A stretch of 32,000 nucleotides of DNA from contig JBNKYC010000014.1 of the NCBI GenBank assembly GCA_050300635.1, positions 194,175 to 226,174 of the forward strand, read 5' to 3'. Shown one piece after another: positions 11,755 through 20,091 of the stretch (position 1 is its first letter; every line of letters begins with the position of its first letter). Below the pieces are notes generated by a model that worked only from the letters and a program-made list of their open reading frames with translations, made no database searches and was not told where the DNA came from. This DNA comes from Polyangiaceae bacterium. GTDB lineage: Bacteria; Myxococcota_A; Polyangia; Polyangiales; Polyangiaceae. A program made the position numbers and the translations under genes.

Positions 11755-13338
11755 TTAGGATATGTCATCCCAGGACAGAGAGTATCGGTTCAAGTACTTC
11801 CGCACCCGGTCTGCGTCATTGACCGACGAACGCCTCTTTCGGGATTCGGCGAATAGAGTGCGGCCTGCCTCCGAAAGAGAGTTTGAGTCCACGCACACCC
11901 GCAGAACCTCGGCCAGCTGAACCCGGTCAAACAGATCAAGGTCGGCGATGACATCGGCTCCGAGGAACCGCGAGAGGATATCGTCCCCCTCCTCACCGCC
12001 TGGCCGCTCCCACGACTCTTTCAGGCGTTCGATCTCTTCCTTGACACCAGCCGCTGTGATCCTGCCCCCCTCTGCGAGGGTCGCCATGCGCTCAAAAGCG
12101 GCACTGTAGTCGCGAAAGTTGCCAGACCAGCTAGTGGACGGCGCCTTGGCAAAATCGAGAAATAGCTTACGGGCCTCACGGTTCATGGTGACGCGTTCGC
12201 CGTGCGTTTCTGCCCATCGCTCAGTTTCGTATTCGAGGTTGGGCTCCATATCCTCGGGCCTATCCCTCAGAGCGGGGAGATGGAACGCCCACAGATTGAT
12301 GCGAGCGAGAAGGTCATCGCGAAAAGTCCCCTGAGCCACAGAGCCGCGCAGATCGCGGTTGGTCCCGCTGATCAGCTGGAAGTCGCTCTCCGCCTCTCGA
12401 TCGGCGCCAACAGGAAGGAACCTCTTCTCCTCGATGGCGCGAAGGAGCATGGCCTGCTCCTCAAGTCCGAGCTCGCCAATTTCATCGAGAAAGAGGATGC
12501 CGCCGTTGGCCTCACGGAGGAGACCCTCACGTGGGCCTGACGCGCCAGTGAACGCGCCCTTCTTATGCCCAAAGAGGGCACTCATGGCGCCGTCGCCTCG
12601 GATAGTGGCACAGTTCACCTCGACAAAGGGCCCGGAAACCTGGCCGCGCAGCTTCTTTAGCTCATAGACCCGTCGCGCCAAATGGCTCTTGCCAGCGCCG
12701 GTCGGACCCATCAAGAGCAGGGGGGACTTCGATGCAATGGCGACCTGCTCGATGCGGTCGATTTGCTTGTTGAACGCCTTGTTCTTTGTAGCGATTCCTG
12801 ACTTGAGGAAGTCCCGGCTCTCCCGCTGCTCGAGTTTGAACCGAGACGCGAGCTTGTCGTACTTGGACAGGTCAAGATCGATGACGCTATAGGAGCCAAC
12901 ATTCCCCTTTTGCCGGGATGGACTCGTCTGAAGCAGCTGACCTGGGATGTGGCGAGACTCCGTCAGCAAGAACTGGCAAATCTGAGCTACGTGCGTCCCG
13001 GTCGTGATGTGGACAAGGTACCTTTCCTTGCTCTGCTTGAACGAGTACTTGGAGGCAAAGTCGTGGAGCGCTGCATAGACCTCCTCAAAGTCCCAGGGGT
13101 CGGTGGTCTCAAGGTGATGCGGACACACCTGGGTTTCGGGCGAGACGGAACGAATATCCTTTGTGATCTGCTCAGCCAGCTTCTCGAACTTCGACTGGTA
13201 CAGAAGCTCGAACCGGTCGACGACCAAGTCCTCGTGCCGACACACGTCAACGGTCGGACGCCACTGAAGCCAACGGTCGCCCCGCTTCTTCATGGCATCC
13301 AGAGTCACGCCCAACATCCCGATGACGACAGTTTTCAT
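11755..13338 (-). CDS. rtcR: Sigma54-dependent transcriptional activator RtcR (CARF-like N-domain, AAA+ domain, C-terminal DNA-binding region)
   Basis: Walker A LLMGPTGAGKSHLA and the GAFTGA motif (HKKGAFTGA). The N-terminal ~185 aa resemble the RtcR sensor domain. The gene is divergent from rtcBA. Confidence 0.85.
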   Translation of the reverse strand: MKTVVIGMLGVTLDAMKKRGDRWLQWRPTVDVCRHEDLVVDRFELLYQSKFEKLAEQITKDIRSVSPETQVCPHHLETTDPWDFEEVYAALHDFASKYSFKQSKERYLVHITTGTHVAQICQFLLTESRHIPGQLLQTSPSRQKGNVGSYSVIDLDLSKYDKLASRFKLEQRESRDFLKSGIATKNKAFNKQIDRIEQVAIASKSPLLLMGPTGAGKSHLARRVYELKKLRGQVSGPFVEVNCATIRGDGAMSALFGHKKGAFTGASGPREGLLREANGGILFLDEIGELGLEEQAMLLRAIEEKRFLPVGADREAESDFQLISGTNRDLRGSVAQGTFRDDLLARINLWAFHLPALRDRPEDMEPNLEYETERWAETHGERVTMNREARKLFLDFAKAPSTSWSGNFRDYSAAFERMATLAEGGRITAAGVKEEIERLKESWERPGGEEGDDILSRFLGADVIADLDLFDRVQLAEVLRVCVDSNSLSEAGRTLFAESRKRRSSVNDADRVRKYLNRYSLSWDDIS

Positions 13339-13339
13339 G

Positions 13340-13355
13340 TTATCCGTGAGGATAT
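13340..13355. promoter_or_regulatory. Dyad related to 11728-11743, candidate UAS
   Basis: TTATCC-GTGA-GGATAT, centred about 105 bp upstream of the rtcB -24 element. It directly abuts the rtcR start codon. Confidence 0.45.
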
Positions 13356-13450
13356 GCTCTTATCTCCTTGAATCCAGGCACGAAGACCCCAATCAGAGTT
13401 CTCTGCATTATTTCAGCGATTTGCGCGCGAGTCGGTCGAGGCGCTGAACT

Positions 13451-13466
13451 TGGCACAACGTCTGCA
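13451..13466 (+). promoter_or_regulatory. Sigma54 (-24/-12) promoter of the rtcBA operon
   Basis: TGGCAC-AACGT-CTGCA in the rtcR-rtcB intergenic region, oriented toward rtcB. Confidence 0.7.
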
Positions 13467-13609
13467 AAGTCTCGGTCACGCTTCTGAAGCTCAACGCGGC
13501 AGAGCACCGGAAAAACACAGGACAAGCCGGGCCTCGAAGGAGGCATGTGGAACCCAGGCGACTGGGGAGCGGCAACGGTTAACAGATTGCACCGAACAGG
13601 GTCCGAGAG

Positions 13610-13685
13610 GGTTCTGAAGGGAAGCAGGTTCCCGAAAGGCCGCCTCATCCACGTGGAGTGGGTTCGATCCCCACCAGAAGCACCA
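13610..13685 (+). ncRNA. tRNA-like element in the rtcB 5' leader (ends in ACCA; no anticodon stem)
   Basis: It folds as GGTTCTG AA GGGA-AGCAGGT-TCCC ... GTGGG-TTCGATC-CCCAC CAGAAGC A CCA. The 24 nt in the anticodon position (GAAAGGCCGCCTCATCCACGTGGA) form no 5-bp stem. A perfect alternative 5' strand GCTTCTG lies at 13483-13489 near the predicted TSS. Confidence 0.5.
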
Positions 13686-13723
13686 GCCATCAAGTTGATT
13701 GTCACTTAGACTGGAGAGAAGAA

Positions 13724-14947
13724 ATGAGTACCTACGAACTGCGCGAACCTCACGGCGGCGTTCCGATCAAGACCTGGACCAAGGGCGTGCCCGTGGAACC
13801 AGAGGCTGTTGATCAGCTCACCAACATCGCGCGCCTGCCCATCGTCCACAAGTGGGTCGCGGCCATGCCGGACGTTCACCTGGGGATCGGTGCGACCGTA
13901 GGCAGCGTTATCCCCACCGTGGGAGCGGTGATTCCTGCAGCAGTCGGCGTGGATATCGGCTGCGGAATGATGGCCGTGGAAACCACGCTGAAGGCCAGCG
14001 ATCTTCCAGATAACCTCGGCCCCATGCGAAGCACCATCGAACGAGCAGTCCCCCATGGGCGCGGACGGTCCGGGCGTCGCGGGGACAAAGGTTCTTGGAG
14101 CGACGTTCCGAACCGCGTCGGAAAGGTCTGGAAAGGGCTAGAATCTGGCTTCAAAGCCATCGTCGACAAGCATCCAGGCGTCGAGAAGAGCAACAATGTC
14201 GTTCATCTCGGGACGCTCGGAACCGGAAACCACTTCATCGAGGTTTGCCTCGATGAAAAGGACAACGTCTGGTTCATGCTGCACAGTGGCTCACGCGGAG
14301 TAGGAAACCGCATCGGTTCGCACTTCATCGCCCTGGCGAAGAAGGACATGCAGCGTCATCAACAGCATCTGCCCGACGCCAACCTTTCCTACTTTGAGGA
14401 AGGGAGCGAACACTTCCACGACTACGTGGAAGCCGTCGAGTGGGCGCAGAGCTTCGCGCGTCATAACCGAGAACTCATGATGCACGCTGTACTCGATTCG
14501 GTTCGCCGGTTGCCCAAGTTTCCGTCTTTCCAAACGGCAAAGAGCGCCGTCAACTGCCACCACAACTACGTTTCACGCGAGTTCCACTACGGAAAGAACG
14601 TGTTCGTGACCCGCAAGGGAGCTGTGCATGCAGGTGAAGGCGTCCTGGGCATCATCCCCGGAAGCATGGGAGCTCGCTCCTACATTGTCCGGGGAAAGGG
14701 AAACCCAGAAAGCTTCTGTAGCTGTAGTCACGGAGCGGGGCGCGTGATGTCCCGTACCAAGGCAAAGAAGAAGTTCTCCTTGGAGGACCATCGCCGAGCG
14801 ACTGAAGGCGTCGAATGCCGCAAGGACAAGGACGTCATCGACGAAACGCCTGGTGCCTACAAGGACATCGACAAGGTGATGGAGGCCCAGAGTGATCTGG
14901 TCGAAATCCTCCACACGCTCAAGCAGGTGGTCTGCGTGAAGGGGTGA
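13724..14947 (+). CDS. rtcB: RNA-splicing ligase RtcB (3'-phosphate/5'-hydroxyl RNA ligase)
   Basis: Typical RtcB sequence blocks (IARLPIVHKWVAAMPDVHLGIGATVGSV, GTLGTGNHFIEV, HSGSRGVGN, NCHHNY, SCSHGAGR). The start is set at MSTYELREP with GGAGAG upstream. The track's 13658 start overlaps the tRNA-like element. Confidence 0.92.
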   Translation: MSTYELREPHGGVPIKTWTKGVPVEPEAVDQLTNIARLPIVHKWVAAMPDVHLGIGATVGSVIPTVGAVIPAAVGVDIGCGMMAVETTLKASDLPDNLGPMRSTIERAVPHGRGRSGRRGDKGSWSDVPNRVGKVWKGLESGFKAIVDKHPGVEKSNNVVHLGTLGTGNHFIEVCLDEKDNVWFMLHSGSRGVGNRIGSHFIALAKKDMQRHQQHLPDANLSYFEEGSEHFHDYVEAVEWAQSFARHNRELMMHAVLDSVRRLPKFPSFQTAKSAVNCHHNYVSREFHYGKNVFVTRKGAVHAGEGVLGIIPGSMGARSYIVRGKGNPESFCSCSHGAGRVMSRTKAKKKFSLEDHRRATEGVECRKDKDVIDETPGAYKDIDKVMEAQSDLVEILHTLKQVVCVKG

Positions 14948-14999
14948 GCGGAGCTCGCCCCTTCACGGGGGGCCATCCTTTCAAGAAAGAGGCTTAGCA

Positions 15000-16028
15000 A
15001 TGCTTACTATCAACGGATCTATGGGAGAGGGCGGTGGCCAGGTCCTGCGTTCATCGCTTGCCCTCTCGGCTGTGACCGGGACTCCGTTTCGCATCGAAGG
15101 GATCCGTGCGAAGCGCAGTCGCCCCGGTCTGCTTCGGCAGCATCTAACCGCTGTTCGGGCTATGGCTGAGGTTTGTTCGGCGCGCGTCTCTGGGGCCGAA
15201 TTGGGCTCGCGAGAGCTTACCTTCGAACCTGGTGTCACCAAGCACGGACACTACGAGTTCGCCGTCGGTACTGCCGGTAGCGCCACGCTCGTCTTTCAGA
15301 CGGTGCTCCCAGCACTGCTCACTACCGCTGGCGAATCTCGACTTGTCTTCGAAGGGGGAACGCACAACGCGTGGGCTCCACCTGTCGACTTCATCCAACA
15401 CACCTTCCTTCCGCTGCTTCATCGCATGGGAGCGACTGTTCAGATCGAATTGGAGCGCCACGGGTTCTACCCGGCTGGTGGCGGGCGCTTCGCAGTACGC
15501 ATCGCCGGCGGCTCACCTCTTTCGGGACTCGAACTTTCAGAGCGCGGGGATATCGAAAGCGTGCTGCTTGACGCATTGGTCAGTCAGATCCCCGAGCATG
15601 TCGCGGAGCGCGAGGTGCGCACGTTGGCTCGTCAACTCGCCGATCTACCCGTCGGCGTCGAGACCCATGCCGTGAACAGCCCAGGCCCAGGAAATGTCGC
15701 GATGGTGAGAGTGCGCTCAGCGCACCTGACTGAGGTGTTCACCTCCTTCGGAGAACGCGGGGAGAAGGCGGAGACGATTGCTCACCGCCTCGTTGGAGAT
15801 GTGCGCAAGTACGTCGCCTCAGAAGTCCCGGTCGGAGAACACCTCGCGGATCAGCTTCTGATCCCACTGGCTCTCGCGGGAGAGGGTGCCTTTGTGACGG
15901 GCGAGCCAAGTCTGCACACAACGACTAACCTCGAGGTGATTGGGATGTTCTTGCCCGGACGGCTCACGCTTGAACGCGGCTCCGCCGGCGCGCGCATTAT
16001 CGCGAAAGGGGGGCGTCATGAGGGCTGA
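15000..16028 (+). CDS. rtcA: RNA 3'-terminal phosphate cyclase RtcA
   Basis: GEGGGQVLRSSLALSAVTGTPFRIEGIRAKRSRPGLLRQHL is typical of RtcA. The gene lies immediately downstream of rtcB. Confidence 0.9.
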   Translation: MLTINGSMGEGGGQVLRSSLALSAVTGTPFRIEGIRAKRSRPGLLRQHLTAVRAMAEVCSARVSGAELGSRELTFEPGVTKHGHYEFAVGTAGSATLVFQTVLPALLTTAGESRLVFEGGTHNAWAPPVDFIQHTFLPLLHRMGATVQIELERHGFYPAGGGRFAVRIAGGSPLSGLELSERGDIESVLLDALVSQIPEHVAEREVRTLARQLADLPVGVETHAVNSPGPGNVAMVRVRSAHLTEVFTSFGERGEKAETIAHRLVGDVRKYVASEVPVGEHLADQLLIPLALAGEGAFVTGEPSLHTTTNLEVIGMFLPGRLTLERGSAGARIIAKGGRHEG

Positions 16029-16070
16029 TATGAGCAAGCTCATCGTGGAGCGTCCCCGGGGCGGGCGCGG

Positions 16071-17156
16071 CTATCCGCAGAGAAGCGAACGCTTCGCTCG
16101 GAACATGGAGGATTGGCCGAGCCGAGCACGCAGAAGGTGCGACGGAAAGAGACGTGAATGCTCAAGAAGCCCCAACGGGCCCTTGAGCCACAGCAGAAAC
16201 AATCGAAGCCGCTTTTGCTTCCGAGTTCTCGCCAACACCACATGGAAGTGAGGCCAGCTCCGACGACGGAGGGTGGCCCCGTTGTAGATAAGTGAGTAGC
16301 AGCTGGGATCGCCGTAGCGTTCCCGCGCCAGCTCCCGAGCTTCGCGGTGCGCGGCGAAAAAGAACTCCTCCTCGTCCTCGGTTCCACCTGTCAGTCTTCC
16401 TTGCGAGATCACGAAATACTCCGTGAGACCCGGCACCTTCTTTTGGATTACTTCCAGCGTCCCTGGGCGTCCTTTCTTGAGGTTCTCCAGTTCCCACTCC
16501 ATGTTCTCGCGCGCCTGTGCCGCGAAAGCGCCCTCGAACAGAGGGTTCGCGTAGAGACTCTTCCTGCGCAGCATTCCCCGAAGGAACCGCCTTCGCCCCC
16601 AGCGATACTCCCAGTTCGCGTATGGGGAATGCTCCTCTCGCACCTGCCGCGCGTATTCCCGGTACCGCTCGGCGGGGCTACCCAGAATCCAGAGATCGGC
16701 GTCGCACATGATGGTGGAGAGCTGCACTCCTCGAGCGTCGTGGTCCTTCGTCTCAAGGATGAGCGAGATGACCCCCTCGATGACTTCTCTCTTTAGCCCG
16801 CCCTCTCTCGCGAGGCTTTGAAACAGTTCAGCACTCCGGTGCTCGTTGTCCTGGGCTCCGGGGTCGTAGACCACGTCGTGAAACCACAAGGCCAGCTCCA
16901 GCTCCCCCGGCACTTCGCCCCAACCCACGATTGCGGCGTATTGCTCCACGATCTGAAGGCACTCCTCGATATGCTGGAGGTTGTGAAAGTGCCGATGTGA
17001 CTGTGAGTAGGCTGACTTCAGGACGCGAAAGACGGCCTGGGCGTTCGGGTCGTTCCCCCATGCGTTCACGAACCTCCGCCCTAACTCAGCCTCGCCGCTA
17101 AGTACCGGTGCGTGAAAGCCCCTTCCGTAGCGCCTCTCGATTTCCTTCGTTTTCAT
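16071..17156 (-). CDS. HD-superfamily phosphohydrolase (COG4339-like) with a ~130-aa C-terminal extension
   Basis: The N-terminal ~225 aa carry RHFHNLQHIEEC...LALWFHDVVYDP...NEHRSAE. The extension contains IYNGATLRRRSWPHFHVVL, a possible degenerate HIT-like motif. Paralogue of 20076-20786. Confidence 0.7.
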   Translation of the reverse strand: MKTKEIERRYGRGFHAPVLSGEAELGRRFVNAWGNDPNAQAVFRVLKSAYSQSHRHFHNLQHIEECLQIVEQYAAIVGWGEVPGELELALWFHDVVYDPGAQDNEHRSAELFQSLAREGGLKREVIEGVISLILETKDHDARGVQLSTIMCDADLWILGSPAERYREYARQVREEHSPYANWEYRWGRRRFLRGMLRRKSLYANPLFEGAFAAQARENMEWELENLKKGRPGTLEVIQKKVPGLTEYFVISQGRLTGGTEDEEEFFFAAHREARELARERYGDPSCYSLIYNGATLRRRSWPHFHVVLARTRKQKRLRLFLLWLKGPLGLLEHSRLFPSHLLRARLGQSSMFRAKRSLLCG

Positions 17157-17178
17157 GCCTCTAGGCTGCGAGGAGTAA

Positions 17179-17196
17179 ATTGGTTATCCAACCAAT
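17179..17196. promoter_or_regulatory. Palindromic operator candidate in the HD/TetR divergent intergenic region
   Basis: ATTGGTT-ATCC-AACCAAT. An identical copy lies at 20809-20826. Confidence 0.55.
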
Positions 17197-17198
17197 CT

Positions 17199-17753
17199 AT
17201 GGGAAGACCGAGCAACCGTGTGGAAAAGCGGCGAGAAATCCTACAGGCCTTTGCCCAGGTGCTCGCCGATCACGGCTACGCTGGGGCCACCGTCGCCAAA
17301 GTCGCGGCAGAGGCCGGGGTCGCTCCGGGGCTCAATCACCACCATTTCAAGAACAAGGAAGAGCTGCTCGGCGCCCTCCTCGACATGCTGATGGGGCGAT
17401 TTCGTTCGAGGTTGCGTGACCAGGGCGCTCAGGGCGGCGGACTCGCCGCGTATGCTGATGCCGCTCTTAAGCTAGATGATAAGGCGGATACAGTCGCGGC
17501 CAAGTGCTGGGTGGGACTCCTCGCAGAGGCGGTACGGAACCCCGACCTGTTCAAGCGAGTGCGTAGGCTACTTGATTCGGAGATTTCCCATATCCAGACC
17601 CTGAGCGGCAATCGCATGAGCGACCACGATGCGAGCCCGGTGCTCGCGTTCGTGATGGGTTCATTGGTGTTTGGGGCGTTTGCCCCGAGGAAGACGGCTG
17701 GCTTCGCGGCGTCTGTGCTCAAACAGTTCGTCGGTAGCCTCGGTGGACTCTAA
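17199..17753 (+). CDS. TetR-family transcriptional regulator
   Basis: TetR_N-type HTH (REILQAFAQVLADHGYAGATVAKVAAEAGVAPGLNHHHFKNKEELL). The start is set at MGRPSNR. Confidence 0.85.
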   Translation: MGRPSNRVEKRREILQAFAQVLADHGYAGATVAKVAAEAGVAPGLNHHHFKNKEELLGALLDMLMGRFRSRLRDQGAQGGGLAAYADAALKLDDKADTVAAKCWVGLLAEAVRNPDLFKRVRRLLDSEISHIQTLSGNRMSDHDASPVLAFVMGSLVFGAFAPRKTAGFAASVLKQFVGSLGGL

Positions 17754-17762
17754 CGCGCTGCG

Positions 17763-18896
17763 TCACCCCATCGCCTCAATCATCTCGAACGCGAATCTGT
17801 CCACCCATTCGTGGTCCACCTCACCAGGGAGCTTCGACTCGCTCGCCGCTTTCTTCATGCGCGTCTCGAGGCGTTCAGATTCCTCGACCAGCTTCTCGTA
17901 AGGCCAAGCGCCTTCACGTATGCGCATGAGTTCTTCGGCGTCGGCTCGGCGCACCAGGAGCTTTCCCGATTCGACTACCTCCAGACCGGTTCGCATCAGC
18001 CGAACGAGGTGAGCGCCGTGCTTCGTATCGAAACCGTGTTTGGCCTCTAGCGCCGCACGCGCCGGATTGCGATTTCTCTTCCAGGCTTGGTACGCGTCCC
18101 ACTGCTTCATCGCACCCCGGTACTTTTTCTCGGCATTCAGTGCCTGGACGACCCCGGCTGGAAGCTGCAGACCGTGGCTGGCGACTGCTCTGAGGCGCTC
18201 TTCCAGGTCGTCAGGGCTAGCCGCAACCGCATCACTCATGAACTCGGCGAGATGCGCCTGGACTTCGATGCGCAGGTCAGCGGGCATGTCGATGTTGTTT
18301 AGTCCGTAGGCCCGAACTCGATCGGCGAGGGCCTGCTCGATACGGTTCTGGTCATCTCTCCCCACGGTCCCGCTCTCAGGGAGACCGAACTCGCCTCGCG
18401 AGGGCTTCTGCTTTGGGGGTGCGAGCAGCCAAGAGCGGTGCGCCTTGATCTTCTTGAGCTGAGCGGTGGCGTAGCCCAGATACGTTTGCGCAATACGCTT
18501 GGTCAGAAAGCGGTCGCGAACCTCGAACAACCTTGCCCACAGCGGAGCCGAGTAGACCCAGTCGCGCTCATCCGCGAAAAGAATTTCGAGCGCGTTTGGG
18601 TTTGCCGACGCGCAGAGCTTCAGGAACTTCGCCACATCGAAGACGACCGACTCGACCTTGTGGCTGAGCCCATGCTGCGCTGTCTGATGGGCCTGGAGCT
18701 TGGGCAGAATCGACTGCCAGAGTTCCTTGGGCAGTTTCTCCTCGCTTTGATCGAAGCTGCGAAACAAGGAGCAGCGCACCGAGAGAGGAGCGACGCAGAC
18801 CCCTCGAAGGTCGACATCACTGCCGGAGGTCGCCGTGCCGCGCGCCTGACTACCGGCAAGCGTGACGAAGATCGTTCGTTCACTCAGAAACGTCAC
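17763..18896 (-). CDS. RlaP-type (PF10127-like, Pol-beta superfamily) nucleotidyltransferase, long form
   Basis: LAGSQARGTATSGSDVDLRGVCVAP nucleotidyltransferase motif. Its start overlaps the stop of the upstream paralogue (ATGA). Confidence 0.65.
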   Translation of the reverse strand: MTFLSERTIFVTLAGSQARGTATSGSDVDLRGVCVAPLSVRCSLFRSFDQSEEKLPKELWQSILPKLQAHQTAQHGLSHKVESVVFDVAKFLKLCASANPNALEILFADERDWVYSAPLWARLFEVRDRFLTKRIAQTYLGYATAQLKKIKAHRSWLLAPPKQKPSRGEFGLPESGTVGRDDQNRIEQALADRVRAYGLNNIDMPADLRIEVQAHLAEFMSDAVAASPDDLEERLRAVASHGLQLPAGVVQALNAEKKYRGAMKQWDAYQAWKRNRNPARAALEAKHGFDTKHGAHLVRLMRTGLEVVESGKLLVRRADAEELMRIREGAWPYEKLVEESERLETRMKKAASESKLPGEVDHEWVDRFAFEMIEAMG

Positions 18897-19675
18897 GTCG
18901 ACCTTTCCAGGCGAACTCGAACGACGAAGTCGTCAAGCGCTTCCTTCGCAGCCGGCTCATCCGGCAGCGAACTCGATTCATGCGCCTTCTGGAGTCGTTC
19001 CTCCAGTCGGTCCAGGTACTTCTCGTGGCTTTCGACTTCCCCGTCCTGGAGCCTCATCTTCTCGGCCCCCTGACGCTTCCTCTCCACGAGGTCCTCGATC
19101 TCGCGAAGACGATAGGCATCATTGAGCGAGGTCAAATTCGCCTCGATACGCCCGGTCTCCATGAGATGGATCCCCGAAAGGTAAACCCGGTAGGCGTACA
19201 AGAGGTGCTTCACCGTAGGCTCCGGCTCATGAAGCCTCTTCCGGCGTCCCCGAGCAAACCCCTGATAGTGGCGCACCATCGGCCGAGTGATGCAGCCTTT
19301 CCCGAGTTCCATCAGTTCTTCGTGGAGCCCAGTCGTCACAACTACGAGCGGCGAGTACAGCTGCTCCATGACGTAGCCATTGTGGCTCACCATCATCTTG
19401 GCGAACTTCCGCAGGTCGTGCGCTACCCAATCGAGCTCAATTGTCGAGTTATCCTCGATGGTGATGGTCTCTTTCAGAGGATGGATCGAAAGCAGTTCCT
19501 TCGCGCTCAGAAGGAACGCACCTCGGAGGTCCACATCGCTATCCGGTGAGGCGAATCCGTAGAGATGGGCGCCACTGATGGTCGCAAAGACGGGGTAGGG
19601 TCCATCAGCAGTGATCTTCGCCAGGTGCTCCTTGTCGAGCATGGACCAGACTTCGGCAATTGCTTGTTCGTCCAT
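18893..19675 (-). CDS. RlaP-type (PF10127/YcgL-like) nucleotidyltransferase
   Basis: ISGAHLYGFASPDSDVDLRGAFL motif. The start is set at MDEQAIAEVW with GGTGAGG upstream. Confidence 0.7.
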   Translation of the reverse strand: MDEQAIAEVWSMLDKEHLAKITADGPYPVFATISGAHLYGFASPDSDVDLRGAFLLSAKELLSIHPLKETITIEDNSTIELDWVAHDLRKFAKMMVSHNGYVMEQLYSPLVVVTTGLHEELMELGKGCITRPMVRHYQGFARGRRKRLHEPEPTVKHLLYAYRVYLSGIHLMETGRIEANLTSLNDAYRLREIEDLVERKRQGAEKMRLQDGEVESHEKYLDRLEERLQKAHESSSLPDEPAAKEALDDFVVRVRLERST

Positions 19676-19749
19676 AATGTACCTCACCCTCTCATGTCGA
19701 AGGAGGGTAGGAGTTTCGACTGCATGCCTGCAAGGGCTCAAGCGGCCAA

Positions 19750-20091
19750 CTACTCAATTCGCTCCCAGATCAAGAATCGCTCGTTACTCGTGCACCCCAT
19801 GGCCTGAATCACGACCTCGTAGTTCAGCCCCGGGAAGTCCTTGATCTGGTCGAGCACCAGTTGACCGAACTTACCGGGGATCACGCATCCGTGATCTCCT
19901 GCGTCGAGGAGCCAGAAGACATCCTCTACAAAGGGCCCTTCGTCCGTGGTGATGATCTCGATGCGGGTCACTTCACCCCACAGGACTTGCTCGGTTCGGC
20001 CGTTCGAGAGCTGCCGCCGGGCTCCTCGATCGTCCACGACGACCGGCGGCGCCAGCTTGGGGCCGAAAGCTCTCTTCAACCAGCCAAGCAC
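19750..20091 (-). CDS. Small hypothetical protein (113 aa)
   Basis: The ORF overlaps the stop of the upstream HD gene by 16 nt. No family was recognised. Confidence 0.45.
   Translation of the reverse strand: MLGWLKRAFGPKLAPPVVVDDRGARRQLSNGRTEQVLWGEVTRIEIITTDEGPFVEDVFWLLDAGDHGCVIPGKFGQLVLDQIKDFPGLNYEVVIQAMGCTSNERFLIWERIE

Noticed and set aside
13658-13723. The N-terminal extension of rtcB given by the ORF track (MGSIPTRSTSHQVDCHLDWREE)
   Set aside because: It overlaps the tRNA-like element. A better start (ATG at 13724) follows a GGAGAG Shine-Dalgarno sequence and matches the usual RtcB N-terminus.
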